Notes: generated from the sequence alone by a model not told the origin. DNA of 40,000 nucleotides from Microcystis panniformis FACHB-1757 (GCF_001264245.1 NZ_CP011339.1:4856415-4896414), one strand, 5' to 3'; shown: positions 29,201-35,978, counted from the stretch's first letter. Numbers and translations are program-made.

Positions 29201-31154
29201 TATTCTGCTTAAATCGGGGTTTTCTCAGGTGGAATTTGTTTCTCCTGATCAAAAAATAGGTAGTGTTTTATTTCAGCAAAGTATTATTCTGGCTCAAAGT
29301 TCAGAAATCCCCCCTAACCTCGCTAAAAACTGGCTAATTTTTACCGAGGTTGACCCAGAACAAGATACTTTTCCATTAGGGATTCAAGAGCAACTACTGA
29401 AAAAGTGTGATTCCTGTCGGATAATTTATCAAGGGCAGAAAAATACACAAATATCATCTTCTGAGTCTTGTTTGAATGCTAATCAACTACAACAATTAGA
29501 GGAATGGTTTGCGTCAAATCCATCTCCAGATCGGATTATTTATCTTTTGAATAGTGATGGCAAAGATCAACCAGAATCCATTTTATTGAATCGCTGTAAC
29601 TATCTTTTAAATCTTCTCAAAGCTATTCAAAAAATCCCTAATCCCCCTCAATTATTCCTTGTCACTCAGGGAGCCCAACCCTTTGAATTAGAACAGCCTT
29701 CTTTAGGGTTTCAGTCTCCTCTTTGGGCAATGGGGCGTGTTATTGCCCTAGAAAATCCGCAATTATGGGGAGGTATGCTGGATCTTGATCCCGACGTTGA
29801 TATTACTCAAAATATTACCGCATTACTATTAGGATTAACTCATGCTCACGATGAGGATCATTTGGTCTTCCGCAAAGGTCAAGGCTATGTTGCTCGTCTG
29901 CTTCCTCTCAAGTCTCTAGAGACAACAACCGTTAAGATTCAACCTGAGGCTACCTACCTAATTACGGGAGGAATAGGACATCTAGGCTTAGAATTGGCGG
30001 AACATTTAGTCAATTTAGGAGCAAAACATCTCATTTTAACGACACGCCGCTCATTACCGGCTCGCTTCCTGTGGGATTCAGCAACCGAATTAGCCCAAAT
30101 ATCAGAAAAAATCAGAAAATTAGAGGAAAAAGGAGCATCAATCGAAGTTATTTCGGCAGACGTTGGCAATTTTGAGGCTATGCAGGCCATATTTACCCAG
30201 ATTGAAAAAACCGCTTATCCCTTGCGTGGCATTTTCCATCTTGCCGGAATCTCAGGCCGACAAGCTCAATTAAAAGACTGTACTTTGCAGGATCTCGAAG
30301 CAGTTTTTCAGGCAAAAGTTAAGGGTTCTTGGAATTTACATCAACTATCTTTGGGTAGTCAATTAGACTATTTTGTGCTGTTTTCTTCGGCGGGTGCAAT
30401 TTGGGGGGCAAAAGAACAAGGCTTATATGATACTGTTAGTCATTGGCTGGATGCTTTGGCTCATTTCCGTCATCTTCAAGGGCTACCTGCAACGACTTTA
30501 AATTGGGCATTATTGGCGGGTCATGGTATAGTATCTCAAGACTATGAGGACTGGCTCAAACAGATTGGGATCAGGGAAATTGCTCCAGATCTGGCCTTGA
30601 GAGTGATGGATGCTATTATGGCTTCTAATCAAACACAGGTTTTAATCGCCGATGTGGATTGGGTTCGTTTCAAAAATATCTATCAATTTAAAGGTGAAAA
30701 ACCACTCCTAAAAAATTTAGGACTCTCAGAAATTCCCATTAAGTCTGTTCAAGAATCAGACTCTGTACTGCATCTTTTAGAGGAGATGCCTTTCGGAGAA
30801 CGTCGGGAATATTTGTTAGAATATGTTAGCAAACAAGTCAGAATGATTTTAGGGATTAAATCTATGCCAGATACAGAACAAGGATTGATAGAAATGGGAA
30901 TTGATTCCCTATCCTCTATTGAATTGAAAAATCGTTTAGAGAAAAGATTAGAAGTTCTCTTACCCACTTCTTTAGTCTTTGATTTCCCTAATATTAGACG
31001 CTTAGTTGATTATCTGCTTGACCGCATTTTCGGTGAAAAAGTTCAAAAAACAGCCGAGAAAAAGATGATTAACTTCACTGAAGTTCAGCAGGAGATTAGT
31101 GAGGATTTAATCTTACAAGAACTTACTGATTTAGAGGCTTTTTTAGGAGATTAA
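23256..31154 (+). CDS. mcyG: Microcystin synthetase McyG, loading NRPS-type A-PCP fused to PKS module KS-AT-CM-KR-ACP
   Basis: 2632-aa ORF. Loading part: A-domain TSGSTGMPK at nt 23799-23825; PCP FFELGGHS Ser604 at nt 25065-25067. PKS part: KS VQTACSTG Cys852 at nt 25809-25811; AT GHSLG Ser1303 at nt 27162-27164 plus AFHSP; CM LEIGAGTG at nt 28764-28787; KR TGGIGHLG from nt 29964; ACP MGIDSL Ser2551 at nt 30906-30908. No DH motif lies between AT and CM, consistent with retention of the C9 hydroxyl of Adda. Confidence 0.96.
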   Translation: MSKHSISFGGQLEDNWRTLSEVLETATKHNNHGITYIKNDATEYFQSYQDLYQDALVILNGLEQKGIKLGHKVILQIAKNQDFIPALWACFLGGIIPVPLTVAPSYDLENSAVKKLENVWKILDNPLILSDSELITEIEKLGTSSHLEGWQVISVNELRKAPSKVHQLPILDPQAPALLLFTSGSTGMPKGVILTHHNILSMTAGTVAMNHFTQQEVTLNWMPLDHVGAIVFLGIMAVDLACDQIHVPMELVLRQPLQWLELIQKHQVSISWSPNFAFSLINQQAEELKHVSYNLSSMKFLVNAGEQVSVKTIRLFLEILEKHQLRERAIKPAFGMTESCSGITWSAGLSKNELTEENSFVSLGKPIPGATIRIVDQENNPLPEREIGKLQIQGNSVTKGYYNNTELNQEVFQEGWFTTGDLGYLFKGELFITGREKQEIIINGVNYFAHELETTIEELEGVKVSYTAAFAVFDQSRETDLLIITFSPESEQFEQGIKVVRKIRSHVTQKFGIAPAYVIPIDRNLVPKTSIGKVQKSKLKKDFEQGLFSSRIQEIDQYLAKERQKNQTLPQSENERQIAAVWSEVLQLTSVGLEDNFFELGGHSIHLIRVQNELEKLFNRQLSLAEMFKNPTVATLARFLSEESNTNQVIAQKSRQRAENRSRRHNQTHDIAIIGMAGQFPGAKNLTTFWENLKNGIETISFFSEEELQESGVSPELSNQPNYVRARPILEQVEYFDSEFFGYTDREAELLDPQQRLLLECSWECLENAGYNPNTYQGSIGIFAGASMNTYLINNCYPNRGKLDSNDELQPFTLDSMGGFQTMVANDKDYLTTRISYKLNLHGPSVNVQTACSTGLVVVHLACQSLISGESDMALAGAASINSPQKIGYLYQEGLIMSPDGHCRAFDAEAKGTIFGSGVGVIMLKRLSDALADHDHIYAVIKGSAINNDGGQKLGFTAPGGEGQIAAATEALAFAGVDANTISFVEAHGTGTPLGDPIEVDALAKVYQGANEGECVLGSVKTNIGHMQIASGIAGLMKATLSLKYKIIPPTLHFQNPNPQINFSQTPFYINNEAISWTTKQDKDEKLPRRAGVNSLGIGGVNAHVILEEAPPIIPQDNQSKRPYHLLTLSARTEPALKELVSRYIDFLESQPEKDMSDVVFTANTGRVHFSNRLALTGYKNSDFIEQLRQFKQLDYQSTIHGIVDEKRPPKIAFLFTGQGSQYAGMAHQLYQTQPTFRKTLDAGEKYYQKLTGKSLLNVVFADTDDPLNQTAYTQPALFLIEVALAQLWHSWGIQPAAILGHSLGEYSAACFAGVFDLESGLKLVSHRGNLMGQLPQNQGEMAAIFLDKNSVIEHCQSQGIKIAIAAINAEQHTVISGEKNVIQKLCNHFTNSGVKVRQLKVSHAFHSPLVEPMVAEFKTILQEISFSQPQISLVSNLTGEIADDSIMTPQYWLQHLLNTVQFHQGALFLQSLGCDTFIEIGPQPILSGIVQSSLSSSEPLTLPSLRSGFSDWQVLLESLGKLYVRGAKIDWFSFDQDYHPRRCALPTYPFQKRQHWIPLKTPSATVPQESNLVKMLSEKDKNTLLQTLLETGHYSEDEKPTISAIVQQLIKLYYQEKEDFDFAKLLYQVAWLPWDLANGKLENLTSLKTDLEVYLEPQLQSSELMGVSRAFSEMEKLAADFVVKALKDLELFQMNTFLDPDQSFIQAGLKQEYKSFWNYVLEILAKVGILEKQNTRWKIVKEPEQSNPDLAVEDLINHYPNAQIELNLFRQVATNLAAIITGKISPLSILFSQDGQGGASEFYKNTSSAKILNLGISKTVELLLSSYAPSASLRILEIGAGTGATTQQVLKACNSRQITYTFTDVSPFFLEKARDNLAEFSGLEYKVLDIEKDPKLQGFCCHSYDLIIAANVLHSTANLQEETLPHIQSLLRPGGHLLLLELTQQSSWIDLIFGVTQGWWRFSDYHLRPNHPIITASTWESILLKSGFSQVEFVSPDQKIGSVLFQQSIILAQSSEIPPNLAKNWLIFTEVDPEQDTFPLGIQEQLLKKCDSCRIIYQGQKNTQISSSESCLNANQLQQLEEWFASNPSPDRIIYLLNSDGKDQPESILLNRCNYLLNLLKAIQKIPNPPQLFLVTQGAQPFELEQPSLGFQSPLWAMGRVIALENPQLWGGMLDLDPDVDITQNITALLLGLTHAHDEDHLVFRKGQGYVARLLPLKSLETTTVKIQPEATYLITGGIGHLGLELAEHLVNLGAKHLILTTRRSLPARFLWDSATELAQISEKIRKLEEKGASIEVISADVGNFEAMQAIFTQIEKTAYPLRGIFHLAGISGRQAQLKDCTLQDLEAVFQAKVKGSWNLHQLSLGSQLDYFVLFSSAGAIWGAKEQGLYDTVSHWLDALAHFRHLQGLPATTLNWALLAGHGIVSQDYEDWLKQIGIREIAPDLALRVMDAIMASNQTQVLIADVDWVRFKNIYQFKGEKPLLKNLGLSEIPIKSVQESDSVLHLLEEMPFGERREYLLEYVSKQVRMILGIKSMPDTEQGLIEMGIDSLSSIELKNRLEKRLEVLLPTSLVFDFPNIRRLVDYLLDRIFGEKVQKTAEKKMINFTEVQQEISEDLILQELTDLEAFLGD

Positions 31155-31238
31155 ATAATCCTAATCCTTGAAGTTAGAAAGCTTGAAATTAAAAAAAATT
31201 CAAGGCATTTCTTAAAAAAGTTAACCTATATTAAAACT

Positions 31239-32999
31239 ATGCAAACTACATTTTTTCAACAAGAAACCGTAAAAAGCTCTCATCAATTTTTTGACAATCT
31301 GAAATTGATTGCCGGTCCTTACTGGTATCCAACTGATCCTAAAGAAGGAAGAAAATTTTCCGAGGTAATAAGTTCATGGGGAATGCTGTTTCTCCTCCTT
31401 TTAGTAATTGTTGGACTGGTTGCCTCTAATGCAGTTAATAGCTTCGTTAATCGCTATTTGGTTGATGTTATTATTCAAGATAAAAATGCCTCTAAGTTTC
31501 TGACAATTTTATTATTCTATGGCTTAGGATTACTTTTAATTACCCTGTTTACTGCATTTTCTAAATTTGTTAAAAAAAGAATTATTCTGGATTGGTATGA
31601 ATGGCTAAATCAGCAGGTTGTTACCCAATATTTGAGCCATCGCGCTTATTACAAAATTAATTTTAGATCCGATGTGGATAATCCGGATCAAAGGATAGCC
31701 CAAGAAATAGAACCCATTGCTAGAAATGCTGTTAATTTTGGAGCTATTTTATTAGAAAAAGTCTTAGAAATGACTACTTTTTTAGTAATTCTTTTCTCAA
31801 TTTCTCGACTAGCCGCCTTGATTTTAGTGGCTTATACAATTGTCGGCAACCTAATTGCTGTTTATTTAAGTCGAGAATTAGATAAGATTAGTCAAGAAGA
31901 ATTGGAATCCAAAGCTAATTACACCTACACTTTAACTCATGTTCGGAATCATGCTGAATCTATTGCCTTTTTTCAAGGCGAAAATCAAGAGTTGAAAATC
32001 ATTCAACGTCGATTTAATAATCTCGTCAGAAATTCTCTCAGTAAGATTGATTGGGAGAGAAATCAAGACATTTTTAGTCGAGGTTATCGCTCAGTTATTC
32101 AAATATTTCCCTTTGTCGTCTTTGCTCCAGCCTATATTCGGGGGGAAATTGATTTCGGACAAGTTAATCAGGCTATTATTGCTTGCAGTATGTTTGCTAA
32201 TGGTTTTTCTGAGTTAATCCTTGAATTTGGTTCTTTGGGCAGATTTTCCAGTTATGTTGAGCGTCTATCTGAATTTTCGTCGGCCTTAGAAGAAATGCGC
32301 CAACAACCCAAGGATGCTAGTACCATTAAAACCCTTGAACAAAATCAGATCAAGTTTGAGGATGTTACTTTACAAACACCGGATTATGAAAAGGTAATTG
32401 TTCAACATTTATCACTATCTATCGAACCAGGCGAAGGTTTATTAATTGTCGGACCGAGTGGACGAGGTAAAAGTTCTCTATTAAGAGCTATTGCTGGCTT
32501 ATGGAATGCAGGAACTGGTTGTTTAAAACGACCTCCCTTAGAACAATTTCTCTTTTTACCTCAACGTCCTTATATTATTTTAGGAACTCTCAGAGAACAG
32601 TTACTTTATCCTAAAACAACCCGTGAAATGACCGATGGAGAACTTGAATCCGTTTTACAACAAGTTAATCTTCAAAATATAGCCACAAAAGTTCATGGCT
32701 TTGATGCGGAAGTTCCTTGGGAAAATATATTATCTTTAGGAGAACAACAACGCCTTGCTTTTGCCCGATTGTTAGTAACCCATCCCCGCTATGTAATCTT
32801 AGATGAAGCCACAAGTGCCTTAGATTTGAACAACGAACAAACCTTATATCAGCAGTTACAAAAAGCACAGACAACTTTTATTAGCGTAGGACATAGAGAA
32901 AGTTTATTTAAGTATCATCAATGGGTGTTAGAACTTTTAGAGGATTCTAGTTGGCGACTTCTTTCCATAGATGATTATCGATCCTCAAAATCTTTGTAA
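31239..32999 (+). CDS. mcyH: ABC transporter McyH (fused permease + ATPase), putative microcystin exporter
   Basis: 586-aa ORF from the first ATG. Hydrophobic helices occupy the N-terminal half. Motifs: Walker A GPSGRGKS at nt 32451-32474, signature LSLGEQQRL, Walker B YVILDEATSALD. An alternative in-frame ATG at nt 31383 (M49) would give 538 aa, the length I recall being published. That start would begin the protein directly inside the first hydrophobic helix (MLFLLLLVIVGLV), so I prefer the longer form. Confidence 0.9.
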   Translation: MQTTFFQQETVKSSHQFFDNLKLIAGPYWYPTDPKEGRKFSEVISSWGMLFLLLLVIVGLVASNAVNSFVNRYLVDVIIQDKNASKFLTILLFYGLGLLLITLFTAFSKFVKKRIILDWYEWLNQQVVTQYLSHRAYYKINFRSDVDNPDQRIAQEIEPIARNAVNFGAILLEKVLEMTTFLVILFSISRLAALILVAYTIVGNLIAVYLSRELDKISQEELESKANYTYTLTHVRNHAESIAFFQGENQELKIIQRRFNNLVRNSLSKIDWERNQDIFSRGYRSVIQIFPFVVFAPAYIRGEIDFGQVNQAIIACSMFANGFSELILEFGSLGRFSSYVERLSEFSSALEEMRQQPKDASTIKTLEQNQIKFEDVTLQTPDYEKVIVQHLSLSIEPGEGLLIVGPSGRGKSSLLRAIAGLWNAGTGCLKRPPLEQFLFLPQRPYIILGTLREQLLYPKTTREMTDGELESVLQQVNLQNIATKVHGFDAEVPWENILSLGEQQRLAFARLLVTHPRYVILDEATSALDLNNEQTLYQQLQKAQTTFISVGHRESLFKYHQWVLELLEDSSWRLLSIDDYRSSKSL

Positions 33000-33037
33000 C
33001 TGTTTCATTGCCAAAACTCAATTTAGGAAAAATTACG

Positions 33038-34051
33038 ATGACTACTACTTCACCAAAAACTCTGACTATGGATATTCAAAAACCCAGGGTTCTTTTAATC
33101 GGAAAAATGTATGATGAAGCGGGGCAAAAACTTCTTGAAGAATCTACTAATATAGAGATTTTGTCCAACCCTACACCGGAGGAAATTAATGAGGCCATTC
33201 AAGAAGTATCTGGCGTATTTGTGCGTTATCCTAATAAGTTAGAGGCTTCATCAATCCGATTAGCAAAACACTTAAAAGTAATTAGTACCTCTGGATTTGG
33301 CACAGATTCTATTGATATTATGGCAGCAACAGAACAGGGGGTTATCGTTGTTAATAATCCCGGAATGTCAACTACAGCTGTAGCAGAACACACCTTATCT
33401 ATGATTTTAGCCCTTGCTAAAAAGCTCCCTTTTTTAGATCATTGTGTGAAAAAGGGTAACTATTTAATTCGCAATCAGATGCAACCGATTCAACTCGAAA
33501 ACAAGACCCTTGGTATTGTAGGTTTAGGAAGAATTGGTACTCTGGTGGCTCACAAATGTAACCTAGCACTGGGGATGAGAGTATTAGCTTATGATCCCTA
33601 TGTTCCAGCCAGCAAAGCGGAGACAGTAGGAGCAACTTTGTTCAAAGATTTAGATGTTCTTCTGGCTGAATCGGACTTTGTTTCTTTGCATACTGAACTA
33701 ACAAGTGAAACGCGGGAAATGTTTAATATCTCAGTTTTTAAAAAGATGAAACCAACAGCTTTTTTAATTAATACCTCCCGGGGAAAAGTCGTTTGTGAAA
33801 AGGATTTAGGGATCGCCCTTAATCAAAAATTGATAGCTGGATGCGCCCTCGATGTCTTTGAACCAGAACCGCCGGCTTTAGATAATCCTTTATATAATTT
33901 TGAGAATGTCATTCTCTCACCTCATTTAGCCGGAGTAACCCCTGAAGCGAGTCTAGCGGCTGCTGTTTCGGCGGCGAATCAAATATTACAAGTGCTTCGG
34001 GGAGAGAAGCCTCCTTATATGATTAATCCGGAGGTGTGGAATCTTTTTTAA
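33038..34051 (+). CDS. mcyI: D-isomer-specific 2-hydroxyacid dehydrogenase McyI (PGDH-like)
   Basis: NAD-binding GIVGLGRIGTLVA (GxGxxG), NTSRG, LDVFEPEP and SPHLAG motifs of the D-2-hydroxyacid dehydrogenase family. The ATG at 33038 is preceded by AGGAAA about 10 nt upstream and gives 337 aa, matching the McyI length I recall. The ORF track starts at a TTG at 33008 (347 aa), which is an alternative. Confidence 0.9.
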   Translation: MTTTSPKTLTMDIQKPRVLLIGKMYDEAGQKLLEESTNIEILSNPTPEEINEAIQEVSGVFVRYPNKLEASSIRLAKHLKVISTSGFGTDSIDIMAATEQGVIVVNNPGMSTTAVAEHTLSMILALAKKLPFLDHCVKKGNYLIRNQMQPIQLENKTLGIVGLGRIGTLVAHKCNLALGMRVLAYDPYVPASKAETVGATLFKDLDVLLAESDFVSLHTELTSETREMFNISVFKKMKPTAFLINTSRGKVVCEKDLGIALNQKLIAGCALDVFEPEPPALDNPLYNFENVILSPHLAGVTPEASLAAAVSAANQILQVLRGEKPPYMINPEVWNLF

Positions 34052-34113
34052 AGCATCTAGAGAATCTCAGGGATTCGGTTAATTAAAAATGGCAATATTT
34101 CTGCAAAATCCTT

Positions 34114-34119
34114 AGGAGG
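34114..34119 (+). promoter_or_regulatory. Shine-Dalgarno (AGGAGG) serving the TTG start of mcyJ
   Basis: A perfect AGGAGG lies 8 nt upstream of the in-frame TTG at 34128. It is the strongest RBS-like sequence seen in any mcy intergenic spacer in this window. Confidence 0.6.
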
Positions 34120-34127
34120 ATAATAAT

Positions 34128-35063
34128 TTGGAAAACATCGGCAAAATTCCCCTCAAAGATGAATGGCGTAATCGCTGGGCAACCATCAAACAATTTATCC
34201 TTAATCCAGCTCGAGAAATGGCGTTTTTGCAAGATCAGTTTCAAGTTTCTGAACTGTATACTAATATAGCGAAACGCGATCCTCATCTTCATGATCCTAA
34301 TTTTCCCCAATGGCTTAATTTTGGTTATTGGAAAGAAGAAACAACTTATAACGGAGCTTGTGCCGCTTTAGCGCGTAAATTAGCCGAAGTAGCCGAACTT
34401 AAAGCCGGAGATCACCTTTTGGATGTGGGTTTCGGTTTTGCTGAACAGGATTTACTCTGGGTAAGAGAAAACAATGTTGGCTCAATTATCGGTCTAAATA
34501 CAACCGAGTTACAAGTAGAAATTGCTCAAGAAAGAGTAGCTAAAGCAGGGTTATCGGACAGGATAAAACTTCAAGTAGGCTCGGCTACTCAAATACCTTT
34601 TCCTGAGAATTCTTTTGATAAGTTGACCGCTTTAGAATGTGCTTTTCATTTTGACACTCGTGAGGATTTTTTTGCGGAAGCTTTTCGAGTTTTGCAGCCC
34701 GGTGGAAGGTTGGCTATAGCGGATTGTTTGCCTAGAGTGGGTCGAGAAATTAACTTCTGGCTGCGGGTTAATAGTAAGAAAATGTGTATTCCCTTTCCTA
34801 ATCAATACGACCGACATATTTATGTAGAAAAACTCAAAAAGCATGGATTTGTTAATATCCAAGCTTTATCTATTAGTGAATATGTTTGGCCGGCAATGGT
34901 TCATTATTTTGCCCAGATTAGCCAAGGAATTAGTAAGCATGATTTAGTTATCGATCTCCAGAAAGATAACCCAGGACTCGAAGCTTGGTCAAGAAATCGG
35001 GGTTGGTTTATGGCGTTTGATGATTATCTTTTGTTTTCGGCAGAAAAGCCTAAATTAAACTGA
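34128..35063 (+). CDS. mcyJ: SAM-dependent O-methyltransferase McyJ
   Basis: Class I methyltransferase motif I LLDVGFGFAEQD and post-I/II LQPGGRLAIAD. It is the last gene of the + strand operon. The TTG start at 34128 has a strong AGGAGG Shine-Dalgarno at nt 34114-34119 (8-nt spacing) and gives 311 aa. The first in-frame ATG at 34218 gives 281 aa and has only a weak GAGAA upstream. The stop is TGA at 35061-35063. Confidence 0.88.
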   Translation: MENIGKIPLKDEWRNRWATIKQFILNPAREMAFLQDQFQVSELYTNIAKRDPHLHDPNFPQWLNFGYWKEETTYNGACAALARKLAEVAELKAGDHLLDVGFGFAEQDLLWVRENNVGSIIGLNTTELQVEIAQERVAKAGLSDRIKLQVGSATQIPFPENSFDKLTALECAFHFDTREDFFAEAFRVLQPGGRLAIADCLPRVGREINFWLRVNSKKMCIPFPNQYDRHIYVEKLKKHGFVNIQALSISEYVWPAMVHYFAQISQGISKHDLVIDLQKDNPGLEAWSRNRGWFMAFDDYLLFSAEKPKLN

Positions 35064-35122
35064 GTTCGGTTTAAGCAGATTGATGTAAAACCCAGTCCAT
35101 AGATAGGGGGGACTTCTTGTTA

Positions 35123-35130
35123 GCGATCGC
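35123..35130. repeat. HIP1 octamer GCGATCGC
   Basis: Exact GCGATCGC, the highly iterated cyanobacterial palindrome. A second copy lies inside mcyD at nt 3964-3971. This supports a cyanobacterial origin only. Confidence 0.8.
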
Positions 35131-35243
35131 CTATTAATCAAGGAGTTGAGAATCTAGAATTGGCCAAGGTTTTCTAACAGTCTCTTCTATAGCGTTATCC
35201 CGAACGCAGGTTAAGCTAGAAATAGCTAGTCACACCCCAGATG

Positions 35244-35481
35244 TAGGGCTGATTCATTCTCTCTTATGTCATTCTCTCAACTCCTTATCTGGTAACGTTT
35301 TTAGTCGATTTCTCGGAAATACATAGCTGAAAATTTGTCAAAACGTCGTGCTTTGTAGGTTGATTCATGAATCAACCTACTATGAGAGCAAAAACCGGTA
35401 CTCCCCTGCTCCCTAACTTACCTCGTAAGCGATTAAAGGTAGCAAAAAAAAGAAGTAGATTCGGAGAATGAATTAGCCCTA
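35244..35481. mobile_element. MITE-like non-autonomous element (238 bp) with 18-bp terminal inverted repeats
   Basis: The left end TAGGGCTGATTCATTCTC (35244-35261) and the reverse complement of the right end GAGAATGAATTAGCCCTA (35464-35481) match at 17 of 18 positions. Both ends carry an outermost TA, which could be part of the TIR or a TA target duplication. There is no coding capacity. The centre holds a palindrome built from two head-to-head copies of a closely related motif. Confidence 0.5.
35355..35380. repeat. Perfect 26-bp palindrome GTAGGTTGATTCATGAATCAACCTAC
   Basis: The sequence equals its own reverse complement (11-bp arms around CATG). Each arm (GTAGGTTGATTCAT) resembles the MITE terminal motif (GTAGGGCTGATTCAT at 35243-35257). 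Confidence 0.9.
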
Positions 35482-35493
35482 GTATTAAGGAGG

Positions 35494-35539
35494 GATCGAC
35501 ACCCCCCTTATCAAGGGGGATTAAGGGGGTATCGACACC
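35494..35539. repeat. G/C-tract hairpin flanked by direct ATCGACACC repeats (small dispersed-repeat-like unit)
   Basis: ATCGACACC occurs at 35495-35503 and 35531-35539. Between them, CCCCCTT-ATC-AAGGGGG (35503-35519) forms a 7-bp stem, and a second AAGGGGG at 35523-35529 could pair alternatively. The minus strand translates as ...PLIPLDKGG..., the pattern produced by short GC-tract repeats common in cyanobacterial intergenic DNA. Confidence 0.5.
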
Positions 35540-35633
35540 AAAATCTATCTTCAATTTAATTATAACCAGCTACTTACAATCCAGTGCTTGGGATAGGTTA
35601 AAAACAAATCCCACGGTTCCGATTAAGTCAGAA

Positions 35634-35978
35634 TTACTGACGAATTTGTACCGGCATCACCAAATAGGTCATCTTTAAACCTCCCAAGGGGGTAAAAATA
35701 ACCGGTTGGGTACTAGCATTTAACTGCATTTGGATATCATTATTAGGTAAAGCCTTCAAACCGTCCATCAAATATTTAACATTAAAGGCAATATCGCCAC
35801 TTTCTCCCTGAATTTCCGCCGCCATGGACTCTTTGGCACTACCTAAATCGGGAGATTCCACCGCTAGGGATAAACGGTCATTTTCGCTATCGAGGCTAAA
35901 CTTGACTAAATTATTCTTTTGGTCCGATAAAACCGCCACTAATTCCAAACAACGGATTAATTGTTTGCGGTCTAAAAA
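35634..35978 (-). pseudogene. dnaN: C-terminal remnant of dnaN (DNA polymerase III beta sliding clamp, domain III only)
   Basis: The minus-strand frame reads FLDRKQLIRCLELVAVLSDQKNNLVKFSL...IAFNVKYLMDGLKAL...VIFTPLGG..MTYLVMPVQIRQ*. This matches the last third of the beta clamp (compare the E. coli IGFNVSYVLDVLNAL and AYVVMPMRL regions). The frame is closed by TAA at 35979-35981, so about 270 N-terminal codons are missing. There is no ATG before the internal Met of KESMAAEI, only TTG at 35948 and GTG at 35939, and no SD. Confidence 0.75.

Noticed and set aside
410-34862. About 20 short ORFs (60-82 aa) from the track, lying inside or antisense to mcyD, E, F, G, H, I and J (for example 410-601, 1597-1836, 5235-5477, 13248-13496, 22398-22640, 29954-30190, 32665-32874, 33417-33635, 34083-34310, 34632-34862).
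   Set aside because: All are fully overlapped by long ORFs carrying unmistakable PKS, NRPS or tailoring-enzyme motifs. Their translations are low-complexity or Cys/Arg/Phe-skewed, as expected for off-frame reads.
35094-35121. Possible intrinsic terminator of mcyJ (AGTCC-11 nt-GGACT followed by TCTTGTT).
   Set aside because: It has only a 5-bp stem with an 11-nt loop and an interrupted T-tract, which is too weak to call. No better terminator was found between mcyJ and the MITE.
35495-35539. Repeated ATCGACACC units, considered as a possible CRISPR or other array.
   Set aside because: Only two 9-bp copies are present, with a 27-bp GC-hairpin between them. There are no further repeats, spacers or cas genes in the window.
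35372-35554. 60-aa minus-strand ORF (MKIDFGVDTPLIPLDKGG...).
   Set aside because: It is composed of the read-through of the GC-tract repeat and MITE sequence. The PLxKGG-type peptide is the usual artefact of translating such repeats. It has no RBS.
35634-35948. The dnaN-like ORF, considered as a functional stand-alone 104-aa gene co-transcribed with the 1077-aa ORF.
   Set aside because: Homology continues upstream of the proposed TTG start to a stop codon, there is no RBS, and a single clamp domain cannot form the ring. A truncation remnant is the simpler reading, but transcription data could revive the idea.
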